A stretch of DNA of 64,000 nt from Felis catus (taxonomy: Eukaryota). Location: NCBI RefSeq assembly GCF_018350175.1, contig NC_058368.1:37760001-37824000 (forward strand), read 5' to 3'. Shown one piece after another: positions 36,077 through 49,599 of this stretch (position 1 is the stretch's first letter; every line of letters begins with the position of its first letter). The position numbers were made by a program, and so were the translations under genes. Under the pieces are notes generated by a model, which saw nothing but the letters and a program-made list of their open reading frames with translations, did not search any database and was not told the DNA's origin.

Positions 36077-39000
36077 TCAGGATCCACATAAGAGTGAAAC
36101 CATATGGTATCTGTCTTTCTCTGTATGACTTATTTCACTTAGCATAACACTCTCCAGTTCTATTCACGTTACTACAAACGGCCATATTTCATTCTCTCTC
36201 ATCGCCAAGTGGTATTCCATTGTATGTATAAACCACAACTTCTTTATCTATTCATTAATTGATGGACATTTAGGCTCTTTCCATAATTTGGCTATTGTTG
36301 CAAGTGTTGCTATAAACATTGCGGTACAAGTGCCCCTATGCATCAGCACTCCTGTATCCCTTTGGTAAATTTCTAGCAGTGTTATTGCTGGGTCATAGGG
36401 TAGGTCTATTTTTAATTTTTTGAGGAACCTCCACACTGTTTTCCAGGGCGGCTGCATCAGTTTGCATTCTCAGCAACAGTGCAAGAGGGTTCCCGTTTCT
36501 CCACATCCTCTCCAGCATCTATAGTCTCCTAATTGGTTCATTTTAGTCACTCTGACTAGAGTGAGGTCGTTCCTCAGTGTGGTTTTGATTTGTATTTCCC
36601 TGATGAGGAGCGACGTTGAGCATTTTTTCATGTGCCTGTTGGCCATCTGGATGTCTTCTTTAGAGAAGTGTCTATTCATGTTTCTGCCCATTTCTTCACT
36701 GGATTATTTGTTTTTCGGATGTGGAGTTTGGTGAGTTCTTTATAGATTGTGGATATTAGCCCTTTGTCTGATATGTCGTTTGCAAATACCTTTTCCCATC
36801 CCGATGGTTGCCTTTTAGTTTTGTTGATTGTTTCCTTTGCAGTGCAGAAGCTTTTTATCTGGTTGAGGTCCTAATAGTTCAGTTTTGCTTTTAATTCCCT
36901 TGCCTTTAGAGATGTGTCAAGGTAGAAATTGCTGTGGCTGAGGTCAGAGAGGTTTTTTCCTGCTTTCTCCTCTAGGGTATTGATGGTTGCCTGTCTCAAA
37001 TTCAGGTCCTTTATCCATTTTGATTTTATTTTTGTGAATGGTGTAAGAAAGTGGTCTAGTTTCATTCTTCTACATGTTGCTGTCCAGTTCTCCCAGCACC
37101 ATTTGTTAGAGGGAATGTCTTTTTTCCATTGATACTCTTTCCTGCTTTGTCAAAGATTAGTTGGCCATACTTTTGTGGGTCCAATTCTGGAGTCTCTATT
37201 CTATTCCATTGGTCTATGTGTCTGTTTTTCTGCCAATACCATGCTGTCTTGATGATGACAGCTTTGTAGTAGAGGCTAAAGTCTGGGATTGTGATGCCTC
37301 CTGCTTTGGTCTTCTTCTTCAAAATTCCTTTGGCTATTCGGGGCCTTTTGTGGTTCCATACAAATTTTAGGATTGCTTGTTCTAGCTTTGAGAAGAATGC
37401 TGGTGCAATTTTGATTGGGGTTGCATTGAATGTGTAGATTGCTTTCAGTAGTATTGACATTTTAACAATATTTATTCTTCCAATTCACGAGCATGGAATG
37501 TTTTTCCATTTCTTTGTATCTTCTTGGATTTCCTTCATAAACGTTCTATAGTTTTCAGCATACAGATATTTTACATCTTTGGTTAGGTTTAGTCCTAGGT
37601 ATTTTATGATTCTTGGTGAAATTGTGAATGGGGTCAGTTTCTTTATTTGTCTTTCTGTTGCTTCCTTCTTAGTGTGTAAGAATGTAACTGATTTCTGTAC
37701 ATTAATTTTGTATCCTATGACTTTGCTGAATTCATGTATCCGTTCTAGCAGACTTTTGGTGGAGTCTTTCAGGTTTTACATGTGTAATATCATGTCATCT
37801 GCAAAAAGTGAAAGCTTGACTTCATCTTTGCCAGTTTTGATGCCTTTGATTTCCTTTTGTTGTCTGATGATGCTAGCACTTCCAACACTATGTTAAACAA
37901 CAGTGGTGAGAGTGGACATCACTATTGTGTTCCTGATCTCAGGGGGGAAGCTCTCAGTTTTTTCCCCTTAAGGATGATATGAGCTGTGGGCTTTTCATAA
38001 ATGGCTTTTATGATGTTTAAGTATGTTCCTTCTATCCTGACTTTCTCAAGGTTTTTATTAAGAAAGGATGCTGAATTTTGTCAAATGCTTTTTCTGCATC
38101 GATTGACAGGATCATATGGTTCTTATCCTTTCTTTTATTAATGTGGTGTATCACGTTGATTGATTTGCGAATGTTGAACCAGCCCTGCAGCCCAGGAATG
38201 AATCCCACTTGATCATGGTGAATAATTCTTTTTATATGCTATTGAATTCGATTTGCTAGTATCTTGTTGAGGATTTTTGCGTCCGTATTCATCAAGGATA
38301 TTGCCCTGTAGTTCTCTTTTTATTACTGGGTCTCTGTCTGTTTAGGAATCAAAGCAATGCTGGCTTCATAGAATGAGTCTGGAAGTTTTCCTTCCTTTCT
38401 ATTTTTTGGAACAGCTTGAGAAGGATGGTTATTATTTTTGCTTTAAATGTCTGGTAGAATTCCCCAGGGAAGCCATCTGTTCCTGGAATCTTATTTGTTG
38501 GGAGATTTTTGATAACCGATTCAATTTCTTCACTGGTTATGGGTCTCTTCAAGTTTTCTGTTTCTTCCTGTTTGAGTTTTGGAAGTGTGTAGGTGCTTAG
38601 AATTTGTCCATTTCTTCCAGGTTGTCTAGTTTGTTGGCATATAATTTTTCATAGTATTCCCTGATAATGGCTTGTATTTCTGAGGGATTGGTTGTAATAA
38701 TTCCATTTTCATTCATGATTTTATCTATTTGGGTCATCTCCCTTTTTTTTGAGTAGCCAGGCTAGAGGTTTATCAATTTTGTTTATTTTTTCAAAAAAAC
38801 CAACCCTTGGTATCATTGATCTGCTCTGCAGTTTTTTAGATTCTATATTGTTTATTTCTGCTCTGATCTTTATTATTTCTCTTCTTCTGCTGTCTTTGCT
38901 GTTCTGCTTCTATTTCCTTTAGGTGTGCTGTTAGATTTTGTACTCGGAATTTTTCTTGTTTCTTGAGATAGGCCTGGATTGCAATGTATTTTCCTCTGAG

Positions 39001-40233
39001 GACTGCCTTCGCTGCATCCCAAAGCATTTGGATTGCTGTATTTTCATTTTCATTTGTTTCCATATATTTTTAAATTTCTTCTTTAATTGCCTCGTTGACC
39101 CACTCATTCTTTAGTAGGGTGTTCTTTAACCTCCATGCTTTTGGAGGTTTTCCAGACTTTTTCCTGTGGTTGATTTCAAGCTTCACAGCATTGTGGTCTG
39201 AAAGTATGCATGGTATGATCTCAATTTTTGTATACTTATGAAGGGCTGTTTTGTAACCCGGTATGTGATCTATCTTGGAGAATGTTCCATGTGCACTCGA
39301 GAAGAAAGTATATTCTGTTGCTTTGGGATGCAGAGTTCTAAATATATCTGTCAAGTCCATCTGATCCAGTGTATCATTTGGGGCCCTTGTTTCTTTATTG
39401 ATCCTGTGTCTAGATGATCTATCCATTGTTGTAAGTGGGGTATTAATGTCCCCTGCAATTACCAAATTCTTATCAATAAGATTGCTTATGTTTGTGATTA
39501 ATTGTTTTATATATTTGGGGGCTCCGGTATTCGGCACATAGACATTTATAATTGTTAGCCCTTCCTGATGGATAGACCCTATAATTATTATATAATTCCC
39601 TTCTTCATCTCTTGTTACAGCCTTTAAAGTCTAATTTGTCTGATATAAGTATGGCTACTCCAGCTTTCTTTTGACTTCCAGTGGCATGATAAATAGTTCT
39701 CCCATCTCCTCACTCTCAATCTGAAGGTGTCCTCAGGTCTAAAATGAGTCTCTTGTAGACAGCAAATAGATGGGTGTTGTTTTTAAAAAAATTTTTTTTT
39801 CAACGTTTATTTATTTTTTGGGGGACAGATAGAGACAGAGCATGAACGGGGGAGGGGCAGAGAGAGAGGGAGACACAGAATCGGAAACAGGCTCCAGGCT
39901 CTGAGCCATCAGCCCAGAGCCTGATGCGGGGCTGGGGGACAGATAGAGACAGAGCATGAACGGGGGAGGGGCAGAGAGAGAGGGAGACACAGAATCGGAA
40001 ACAGGCTCCAGGCTCTGAGCCATCAGCCCAGAGCCTGATGCGGGGCTGGAACTCAAGGACTGCGAGATCGTGACCTGGCTGAAGTCGGACGCTCAACTGA
40101 CTGCGCCACCCAGTCGCCCCGGGTGTTGTTGTTGTTTTTTTTTAATCCATTCTGATACCCTGTGTCTTTTGCTTGGAGCATTTAGTCCATTTACATTCAG
40201 TGTTGTTATTGAAAGATGTGGGTTTAGAGTCAT
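36077..40233 (-). pseudogene. L1 ORF2, fragmented
   Basis: Start MTLNPHLSITTLNVNGLN at 40233; ORF-track pieces 39070-39537, 38836-39063, 38349-38552, 37062-37460, 36871-37065, 36470-36691 and 36248-36457. Confidence 0.95.
39782..40120 (-). mobile_element. SINEC_Fc with 114-bp internal tandem duplication, in the L1 EN domain
   Basis: TSD GGGTGTTGTT; units 39819-39932 and 39933-40046. Confidence 0.95.
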
Positions 40234-40301
40234 TGTGATGTCTGTAGGTTTCATGCTTGTAGTGATGTCTCTGACACTTTGTGGTCCTTGCAACATTTCA
40301 C

Positions 40302-41196
40302 TCACAGAATCCTCCTTAGGATTTCTTGTAGGGCTGGTGTAATGGTGATGAATTCCTTCAGTTTTTGTTTGTTTGGGAAAACATTTATCTTTCCTTCTAT
40401 TCTGAATGACAGACTTGCTGGATAAAGGATTCTCGGCTGCATAATTTTTCTGTTCATCACATTGAAGATTTCCTGCCATTCCTTTCTGGCCTGCCAAGTT
40501 TCAGTAGATAGGTCTGCCACTACTCTTATAGGTCTGCCTTTGTAAGTTACAGCCTGACTATCCCTAGCTGCTTTCAGAATTTTCTCTTTATCCTTGTATT
40601 TTGCCAGTTTCACTATGATATGTCGTGCAGAAGATAGATTCAAATTATGTCTGAAGGGAGTTCTCTATGCCTCTTGGATTTCAATGCCTTTTTCCTTCCC
40701 CAGATCAGGGAAGTTCTCAGCTATGATTTGTTCAAGTACACCTTCAGCCCCTTTCTCTCTCTCTTCTTCTGGAATTCCTATGATACGGATATTGTTCTGT
40801 TTGATTGCATCACTTAGTTCTCTAAAACTCCCTCCCCTCATACTCCTGGATTTTTTTTTTATCTCTCTCTCAGCTTCCTCTTTTTCTATAATTTTATCTT
40901 TTAATTCACCTATTCTCTCCTCTGCCTCTTCAATCCAAGCTGTGGTTGCCTCCATTTTATTCTGCACTTCATTTATAGCATTTTTTAGCTCCTCATGACT
41001 ATTTTTTAGTCCCTTGATCTCTGTAGCAGTAGATTCTCTGCTGTTCTCTATGCTTTTTTCAAGCCCAACGATTAATTTTATGACTATTATTCTGAATTCT
41101 TCTTCCGTTATATTGCTTAAATCACTTTTTGATCAATTCATTAGCTGTCGCTGCTTCCTGGAGTTTCTTGTGAGGAGAATTCTTCTAATTCGTCAT
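40302..41196 (-). pseudogene. L1 ORF1 (coiled-coil/RRM/CTD), disabled
   Basis: ATG at 41196 followed by TAG at codon 4; NIRIIGIPE, ENFPDL, RHIIVKL and RILYPASLSF motifs in ORF-track pieces. Confidence 0.93.
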
Positions 41197-42144
41197 TTTG
41201 GCTAGTCCTTGCTGTGGCTCCAAACTGCAGGGCACTTCCCCTGTGCTGTCTGGAATAAGTTGTGTTGGTGGGCAGGGCCTCAGTCAGAACCGATGTCTGC
41301 CCCTAGCCCACCGCTGGGGCCACCGTCAGACTGGTGGGTACCTCATCTTCCCCTCTCCCAGGGGAAGGACTCACTGTGCAGTGGTGTGCCCCCTGTCTGG
41401 GCTAATTGCACACTGCCAGGTTTGTAGTGCTGCTTTGATGGGATCTTGCCAAGGGCGTATTAGAAGGGGTGGATCCGCAAGGTACACAGGGGTGGGAGGG
41501 ACAGGGTTAGCTGGCTTTGCTGTCGGTGGTCCCCTGCAGAAGGGCCCTGCATCACAGGGAGGGAGGCAGGCCTGTTGGAGTGATGGATTCACAGAAGCAT
41601 AGCATTGGGTGTTTGCGCAGCACAAGCAAGATTGGTGATGGGAACTGGTTCCCTTTGGAATTTCAGCTGGGGGATGGGAGAGGGAAATGACACTTAATCA
41701 GTGCCTTTGTTCCCCTGCTGAGCCAAGCTCTGTCTTCCGGGGTTCAACAGCTCTCCCTCCCGGTGTCCTCTCGCCCTCCTGGCTCTCCCAGAGCAGAGTT
41801 GTTGACTTTTAACATTCCAGATGTTAAGTCCTGCTGGCTGTCAGTACTCACGGAGTCCGGCTCCTCTGCTTTTGCAAGCCAGACTTTGGGGGCTCTGCCT
41901 TGCACAGTGGGCTGCCCCTCCACTGCCCTGGCTCCCTCCCACCAGTTCGTGTAGCACGCACTGTCTCTCCACCCTTCCTACCCTCTTCCGTGGGCCTCTT
42001 ATCTACTGCTTGGCTCCAAAGAGTCCATTCTGCTGGTCTTCTGGTGGTTTTCTGGGTTAGTTAGGTAGATGTGGGTGGAATCTAAGTGATCAGCAGGATG
42101 AGGTGAGCCCAGCGTCCTCCTACCCCGCCATCTTCCGATGTCCC
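41197..42144 (-). promoter_or_regulatory. L1 5'UTR internal Pol II promoter with YY1-type motif
   Basis: ~950-bp GC-rich region; AAGATGGCG about 10 nt from the element start. Confidence 0.8.
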
Positions 42145-43216
42145 AGGTCTTAGCAATTAAAACAATGATGGAAATATCAGAATCTGAATGGTTAATACTT
42201 ACATTTTGTGGCTTGGGATGGTTTATTCTATATAACACATTCCTTCAACTTCTTCAGGTCATGAAATCTGACATGCTCTATTTATATATCCCTAATAAAA
42301 ATTCAGGAGTGTAAATAAAAACATATATCCAAAAATATTTTATATTTACTATGCAGCTTTCTACTCTTAACTGATCAATAATCCCTTCATGGTCTACGGT
42401 GATTAGCATATTTCTTCTCAAAAATAAAAACTCAAGTTAATATATTTTTTATTATCCATGACAAGTGCTAAAAGATGTTATGAAGTCATCAGACAACTGC
42501 TGAAAGGTGACTTGAATGAGAATCTCAGTTCAAACAGAAGAAAATAACTAGTTTGTGAATTTTTTTTTTAGAGGGCGAGTGGGGGTTAATGAGGAAAGGG
42601 GAGAATTGAGGGGAGATCTGTTGTCATCCTGCATAGAAAAAGTAAAAAAAAAATATAAATGCCTTCAAATATAAATTTATTAATCTTAATACAATGAATG
42701 CTGACTTTGCATTTTGGAATAGATGTTAACTGTGACTCAGAGTTTTTCACAGGATATTGTAATTTATCCACTTAATAATGATCAGAAAAGTTGTTACTAG
42801 TGTCAGCATTAATATGCCTTGGTAACTGGTCTTCCAACCTAAAACAATTTGTATATTAAAAGAACTCCATATATTTTGTTGGTGAATTCAGTTAAATTAT
42901 GGAACATAATGGGAGTTGTAAAGTAATGTCTTAGAAGAAAATAATTACTTCCATTTCTTTTTAAAGTCAAAGTTTTAAACAGAAGTTGAAAATTTGTAGT
43001 TCACTTATTTAAGAAAAAGACAACCTTGGGATACATGGTAGGAAAATAGGACTTGGGATCTATTTTTTAAGTTAAAATGCTTCTTAAATATTACAGTATT
43101 TTATATTACAGCACAAATAATTGCTATATATCACATTGATGAATTTAATGCAGATGAAGTGGAATTTCAGATAACCATCTTGTAAACAAAATCATTACAT
43201 TTTAAAATGACTTTAG

Positions 43217-43416
43217 GGACACCTTTGTGGCTCAGTTGCTTAAGTGTGTCCCATTCTTGATTTCGGCTCAGGTCATGATCTCATAGTTCGTGGGTTTGAG
43301 GCCGGCATCGGGTTCCGATGGATCCTGCCTGTGGTTTTCTCTCCCTTTCTCTCTGCCTCTACCCTGCTCTTTCTCTCTCAAAAATAAGTAAAAACTATTT
43401 AAAAAAAATGAAAAAT
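43217..43416 (+). mobile_element. CAN-SINE
   Basis: TSD AAAATGACTTTAG. Confidence 0.9.
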
Positions 43417-43471
43417 AAAATGACTTTAGAACTTTGCTATATAAGATGTAATAAATATCTGTAATTATTTT

Positions 43472-43648
43472 AAAAGTGTATTTCTTTTGATGGAGAGTGG
43501 AGGAGGGACAGAGAGAAAGAGGGAGAAAGAACTTCAAGTAGGACTCCAGTGTGGAGCCCTATGCAGCGCTCTGTCTCATGAAAAGAGATCATGATCTGAG
43601 CCAGTGTCAACAGCCAGACATTTAACCTACTGAGTCACCCAGACACAC
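43472..43648 (-). mobile_element. Older CAN-SINE, tail-to-tail with the previous one
   Basis: GAGATCATGATCTGAGCC...CTACTGAGTCACCCAG. Confidence 0.85.
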
Positions 43649-44771
43649 ATAACTATTTTTAAAGTGTTGGAGAAATTTTCAAAATATTTCCAGTCCTCAT
43701 TCAGTAAGCTGAGGAAAAAAATGTGTTGTCAGTCAAATTAATGACCCTAGAGACTGGACAGTAAGAGAGGAAATGCTTAATAAAGTTTTGCCAAGTAGCA
43801 GATTCTTCAAGGAACCAAGGTAACTTCAGGGCTTAAGGCTACAAACAGGCCAGAAAGTAGAGAATTAAATTGATCTAAGAAAATTACTTAAGGTAGAGGC
43901 TGCAAAATTTCAGTGATAGAGGAGTTTCTTTTTATTGAGTGTTGATGAAATTGGATAGTGTGGGCAAGTAGAACTGAAGACAGAAGCTCAAGTAGGAAAA
44001 AAGTGTTCTTGTGAATAAGGTAGTTCTTGGTATGTGAAATCTTGTTATTTTTGTAGTTCAGTCATGATAAGGGAGAAATTGTGGAATGGCCAGAGTTACT
44101 GGGGAAACTAACTGGAATGCAGACCATAGTAGTTGCAAGGTGTCTGAACAGAGTGAGAATTTAGGCAATCATTGATATTTGAGGGTTCGAACTGATGACC
44201 GGTCAGGGAAAGGAAGGAATCTTGCCAGGAAGAGATATACAAAATAAGGCAGATTGTTGCCTTGTAATTCCTGACTAATATATTCATGATATTGGTCTAA
44301 CAGGTGCTAGGAAAATGAGAGCCAGAGTCCAGTATCTGGTGACGGAGTCTGTTAACGGTTTGCTGTGGACAAGTTCTCTGAAATTCAGGTCAGAGATTCA
44401 TTATTGTTAGGTTCAGTATTTGGATGAATAATGATGACCAACTTTCAGTCCTGAAATCAAAATATCATGGTGGGGAGGAGACAGAGTTAAATAGAAACTC
44501 TTTTGTAGGCAAGTGTAGAAAATAGAAGAGGACTTATGGCTTATCCTTAGCATCCTAGATACAAGAAAAATTAATGCTTGAGGTGTTGCTGCTGATATAT
44601 TTTCCTTCCTGACTTAGGAAGATTCAAGAACTGCTCATTCATTGATTGCACTGATTCTTCATTTCTTCTTGGTGGTTCTGTAATGCCCTCTGCTATCACT
44701 GTGTCTTTGCCAATCATATGATCTTATAATTACTCTTCTATATATTTATCTACTTTAACTAAACTTTTAAA

Positions 44772-44990
44772 TTACAAAAAAAATTTGTAACATTTATTAT
44801 TGAGAGACAGAGAGACACACAGCATGAGCAGGGGAGGGGTAGAGAGAGAGGGGTAGACATAGACTCTGAAGTAGGCTCCAGGCTCTGAGCTGTCAGCACA
44901 GAGCCTGACATGGGGGTTGAACTCACAAACTGCGAGATCATGACCTGAGCCAAAGTCGGTCACTTAACCGACTGAGCCACCCAGGCGCCC
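44772..44990 (-). mobile_element. CAN-SINE
   Basis: TSD CTAAACTTTTAAA. Confidence 0.94.
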
Positions 44991-45535
44991 CTAAACTTTT
45001 AAAATTTTAACAGAATTGCTGCCCTCATGTACCTTTATATGGTTGATATCTCATGTGATACCTGGGAGAGTATGTGTGCTGGGTGAATGAATAATTATAA
45101 AAATAAATACAAATATGGAGATACAGCCAAAGGAAAACCTATAGGCAGTTGTTGCTGAAACCCCTGGGATGGACCGTCTTTTCCAGATTATGCTAAGAGA
45201 GAAAACAAGATTTCATTTGCTTCCTTCAGTTATCCTAGGGACAATTTCATGGAACTGGAGAACAAATTGTACATACACCCACTGTTCATATACTCTGATT
45301 TCATGAAAACGCGCACACCCCATGACACTACACAGCCAGTTGCCTGTTTTTATGTGTCATAGCTTTTTAAAAACTGGTTTTGCTTTACGGTCACTGTAGA
45401 AAATCATTACTTTGGGGCTAATGTGGTTGGGTTTTAGAAGGTAATGTGGTAGAGCAAGAATGTACAGGTTTTGGTGTTGGACAACTTTGGAGGGAGGGTC
45501 CATTCGTTAACCATTGATTCTTTAATGCTAAATGT

Positions 45536-45664
45536 TATGTATATACTTATATATACATGTATAGACTTATATACTATATACTTACATACTTTTATACTTA
45601 TATACCTCTACTTATACTATATACTTATATACTATACATATATATACTTATATATGTATATACT

Positions 45665-45695
<31 letters not shown>

Positions 45696-45696
45696 A
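45536..45696. repeat. TA-rich low-complexity repeat (TATACTTA units, (TA)n)
   Basis: Direct observation. Confidence 0.9.
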
Positions 45697-46248
45697 GTTA
45701 AAAAAGTGCTTGAATTTCTTGATCTCAAGTATAACATTCTATGGGATATGCAAATAAAAAATAATGAAATTGGAGTAATCAACCATACATTATAATGAAA
45801 TAAATGAGTGGACTTCTGTGAGTGAAAGAAAAATGAAAACTTTTGAGCAAGCCATGACCTAAGTTGATAGTTTAAAATTTCAGGAAGGGAAACATATGCA
45901 AAATCTGAGGGGCCTGATCAAGATTGGTCAAGGATAAATTATGTGTGATAGTGTCAAAGAGGTAAAGGCAACAGACATACACAATACGGACAGAGGAAAA
46001 TCAAGGTGCCTAGATTTGCATCTAGACATAGAAAAGAAAACTTATTACTAATAATATAAACATGAAATTTACATGATGTTAAATCTATGGAAATAAGTTT
46101 GATAATTAAATAAGACTATGGATAAAATCAAAGGGCTGTGACAAGAGCCTAGGAATTTCAATATTTAAAATTTGGATCAAAGAAGAATACAGTATATAGC
46201 TTGAAGAAAAACCAAGGCATCGTGGTGTCAAAGAAGGAAGAAAGCATT

Positions 46249-46485
46249 CAAAAAAATTCTTTTAACATGTATTTATTTTTGAGAGAGAGAAAGAGAGAGT
46301 GTGAGCAAGCAGGGTGTGTATGTGGGGGTGGGGGGCAGGGATAGAAGGAGACACAGAATCCAAAGCAGGCTCTAGGCTCTGAGCTGTCAGCACTGAGTCC
46401 AATGTAGGGGTAGAACTCACAAATCCCAAGATGATGACCTGAGCCAAAGTTGGATGCTCAACCAACTGAGCCACCCAGCTGCCCC
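46249..46485 (-). mobile_element. CAN-SINE
   Basis: TSD core GAAGAAAGCATT. Confidence 0.93.
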
Positions 46486-46754
46486 AAGAAGAAAGCATTT
46501 TAAGAATGATAACATTTTTTTTTAACATTTTAGCAATTAAATTTCAAGAATGAGGGCATATGAGATAGGTGCAGATTTTACAAGACATTTTTGGTTACAT
46601 TGGTAAGATTAGAATCAAGTGATAAAAGGGGAAATTTTTTAAAGAATAACTTAGATAAATAACAGAATGAGGGAAAGTTAAAAATAAAGACAAGATTTTC
46701 TAACTTCTTATGTATTAAGAGAAGAAGCAGGTTGTGGTTATTGGAAGAAGATTT

Positions 46755-46954
46755 TTTTTTTAATTTTTTAATGTTTTATTTTTAAGACAGAGAAAGACAC
46801 AGCATGAGTGGGGATGGGGCAGAGAGAGAAGGAAACACAGAATCTGAATCTGAGCTGTCAACAGAGCCCGATACGGGGCTCGAACTCACGAACTGTGAGA
46901 TAATGACCTGAGCTGAAGTCAGATGCTCAACTGACTGAGCCCCCCGGGTGCCCC
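46755..46954 (-). mobile_element. CAN-SINE with ~13-bp internal deletion
   Basis: TSD core AAGAAGATTT; GAATCTGAA|TCTGAGCTG junction. Confidence 0.92.
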
Positions 46955-49017
46955 TGTAAGAAGATTTAAAGTAAAAATAGGACTTTTTTAATGTAGGAGA
47001 AATTGGACCCTGACTAGAGGTTGATGGAAAAAATAGAGATGTAAGTGTTGATGATTGAGGAGAGAAGTAAAAACCAACTAACCCCCCCAGAAAGGGGATG
47101 ACCATTCAAAGCAGATCTAGAAGAGCCTTTGGTAGGAAGAGCGGTACTTCCTCTACTGTAAAGGAAAAAAGAGAGAAGGAGGAAGCAGAAACATGAATAT
47201 CAATAGAAAGATGAAGGTACTCTAATTTGTTGGTTTCTACTTTTTCAATAAAGTATGATGTAAATTATCTGCCAAAAGATGATAGTTCATGAGAAGATAT
47301 GAGATGAATTTAATGTTATATAAGCTTCAATTAATTTATTTGTTTAAAGTTGCGTGGTAATCACCACTCAAAATTTTGGGACTACAAAATGAGACATTGT
47401 ATAAATTTTTGCCACGTAAACTTCTTGTCACGTATACATTCTTTATTTTCCAGTGCTCTCCAACCAGATATTATGACCTGGTTTTCATTGAGTTGCCTTG
47501 AAATCCATAGAATGTTTATGTCCTTTTAACATCTAGAGTTTATTAATGGGGAAGTTATGAAGCAGGCTAAATTATTTACCCTTATAATTATAGTAAACTC
47601 AGATGAGCTAGAAAACCATTGAACATTTTGGCTATCATTTAATCTCTTTCGTTCTTTATTGCATAATGCCAATAACAAAGGTTAACTGAAGAAAATTTAC
47701 CATAGATAATGGAAAATTAGACATCTCTTTAGATATACTCGGTATCACCAGATTTTATGTAGATTATGCATTTTATAGTGAGCAAAGAAAAGTTTTATAG
47801 ATTTTTTTTCCCCCAGAAGTCTTTAAGTACTGAAAAAGAATGTCACAAGTAGAATTGAAGGCTCCTGATCTCCAAAGCAACATGTTTCATCACAGACATT
47901 GCCTTCTAAATTTGCAATTATGTTTTGAGAATTAAAGGAGATGTGAAGTTTCCAGATGTTTTCCTCTGGAAACTATGGCATGCAAATGAACTGTTTGACA
48001 TATAGCCATAAAACTATTGCTATTATTACCTTATTATGATTATTATGATTATTTTGTTGATTTTACCTATTTACTAAACAATTATGTCAGCGCATAACCA
48101 CTTATTAATGACAGGGAGAAATAGTAAATGAAGTTGCTTTATTATATTTTATATTACTTTGATATTTAAAATTAAACTACCATACTGAAAGTTGTTTTAA
48201 AGTACATTTCATACCTTGAATGGTGCATTTTCTTTAATTATGATGGTTTAAGTATAATTTTCTGAATCTTCTTTAAATGTACAAAAAATAGTCATTTTTC
48301 TTCTCACAATAAAATGAAAATGAAATACATCACCTGTTCTTGCAATCAGAGCTCAATTTCTAAACTGCCACAATGAATTTCCAAAAATATTACAGTCATA
48401 AAGATGATCAAAGAAAGTTTATAAGCCGAAAGGTCAAATTGATTCAGATGTCAGTCTGCATAAAGGCTGATTGAAGTGAGAGTACAATGATGATAAAGGA
48501 CTGTGTTTTTAGAACTGATAGAATAAGCTCCCGTACAGTAGAATTATTTACATTGAACCTTTAATTTTAAGAAACAACTGTAAATAATATGCTGTAAACT
48601 GTATGAGAAGCTAAACCAACAGGGGATTGTGCGTGTGGTCATGCGTGTTCACTTCCTTCAGTTAGCATTTGAAATTTCCTGCAAGTTATTTTTATGCAAA
48701 GAACAGAGTTTGACCTCACAATTAATGCAAAAAAAAATCCACTAATATTGATAGCTTCAATAGTTAGACAATATGTCTTGAATTTTACAAATTAGCTTTT
48801 CTTTTACTTTGCTACAGTACTTCTAATTTTTATGAATGTATAAGCATCAGCATTTAGATACTTGATGTGTGTGAGTGTGTAGGCACATATATATTTGATC
48901 ATATGCCTACATCCATACAGGAATGTGGTGTCTGTGAAATATCAGTTCTTCATTTAATTTTTACCTATATTCCACTTTGACAGGTTGTTCTAATACTCCT
49001 ATCCAAGAGAGAGCTAC

Positions 49018-49203
49018 AAAAAAAATAAGACAAAAAAATAAGAAATAAAAAATAAAAAATAAATAAAATAAAATAAAATAAAATAAAATAAATGAAATAA
49101 AAATAAAATAAAAAAATAAGAAAATAAAATAAAATAAGAAATAAAAAATAAAATAAAATAAAATAAAATAAATAAAATAAAATAAAAAAATAAGAAAATA
49201 AAA
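49018..49203. repeat. (AAAAT)n-like A-rich tract
   Basis: Direct observation; no SINE/L1 body attached. Confidence 0.93.
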
Positions 49204-49599
49204 CTATGAACAAAAATGTCAATTGACAAAATGGCATAGAAGTTGAGGTATTCTATTGACCTTCCTTGAAATAATATTCTGTGTATCTGCAATTCTGTAT
49301 CCTCAAATATTAATGAAATCCCAGTCCTATTTACAATGAAAAATGTTAACTTAATGTGAAACAAATATCAAGAAGAATATACCTTACTATCATTGGATTT
49401 GTAACATCACCTTTTGTTCTACGATAGCCATATGCTACTGAGACAACATGGGCTTTGGGGATGTGTAGAATTATATTTGATTAAGGTTTTTCCACTAACA
49501 AGTTGTGTGACCCACACAGCTTGAATCCAGAATCCACAAGATGATTAAGACAGTATACATTGTGTTTAATCAAGTATTTCGTGACTTAACATTCTTATA

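Larger units (their letters stand above)
35580..42144 (-). mobile_element. Full-length LINE-1 (felid), disabled
   Basis: TSD AGGTCT(C/T)AGCAATTA at 35565-35579 and 42145-42159; 5' end GGGACATCGGAAGATGGCG; 5'UTR, ORF1, ORF2, 3'UTR and A-tail all present. Confidence 0.97.
45800..47320 (-). mobile_element. Degenerate LINE-2 with two nested SINEs
   Basis: Purine-rich L2-like sequence, e.g. GGTTTCTACTTTTTCAATAAAGTATGATGTAAATTATCTGCC. Confidence 0.5.

Noticed and set aside
35695..36147. 150-aa ORF and other GQRETEHERGRGRE or SSSPASGS ORFs recurring in the window
   Set aside because: Translations of SINEC_Fc, not a protein family
41198..42238. ORFs in the GC-rich region as a CpG-island gene or ORF0 analogue
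   Set aside because: They lie in the L1 5'UTR; the main ones (41198, 41209, 41763) begin at TTG/GTG and none has other support
48487..48518. C/D-box snoRNA-like ATGATGA...CTGA
   Set aside because: Only 32 nt from box C to box D, with no terminal stem
48965..49364. Hydrophobic F/I/L/Y-rich ORFs resembling membrane proteins
   Set aside because: Translations of the (TTTTA)n repeat
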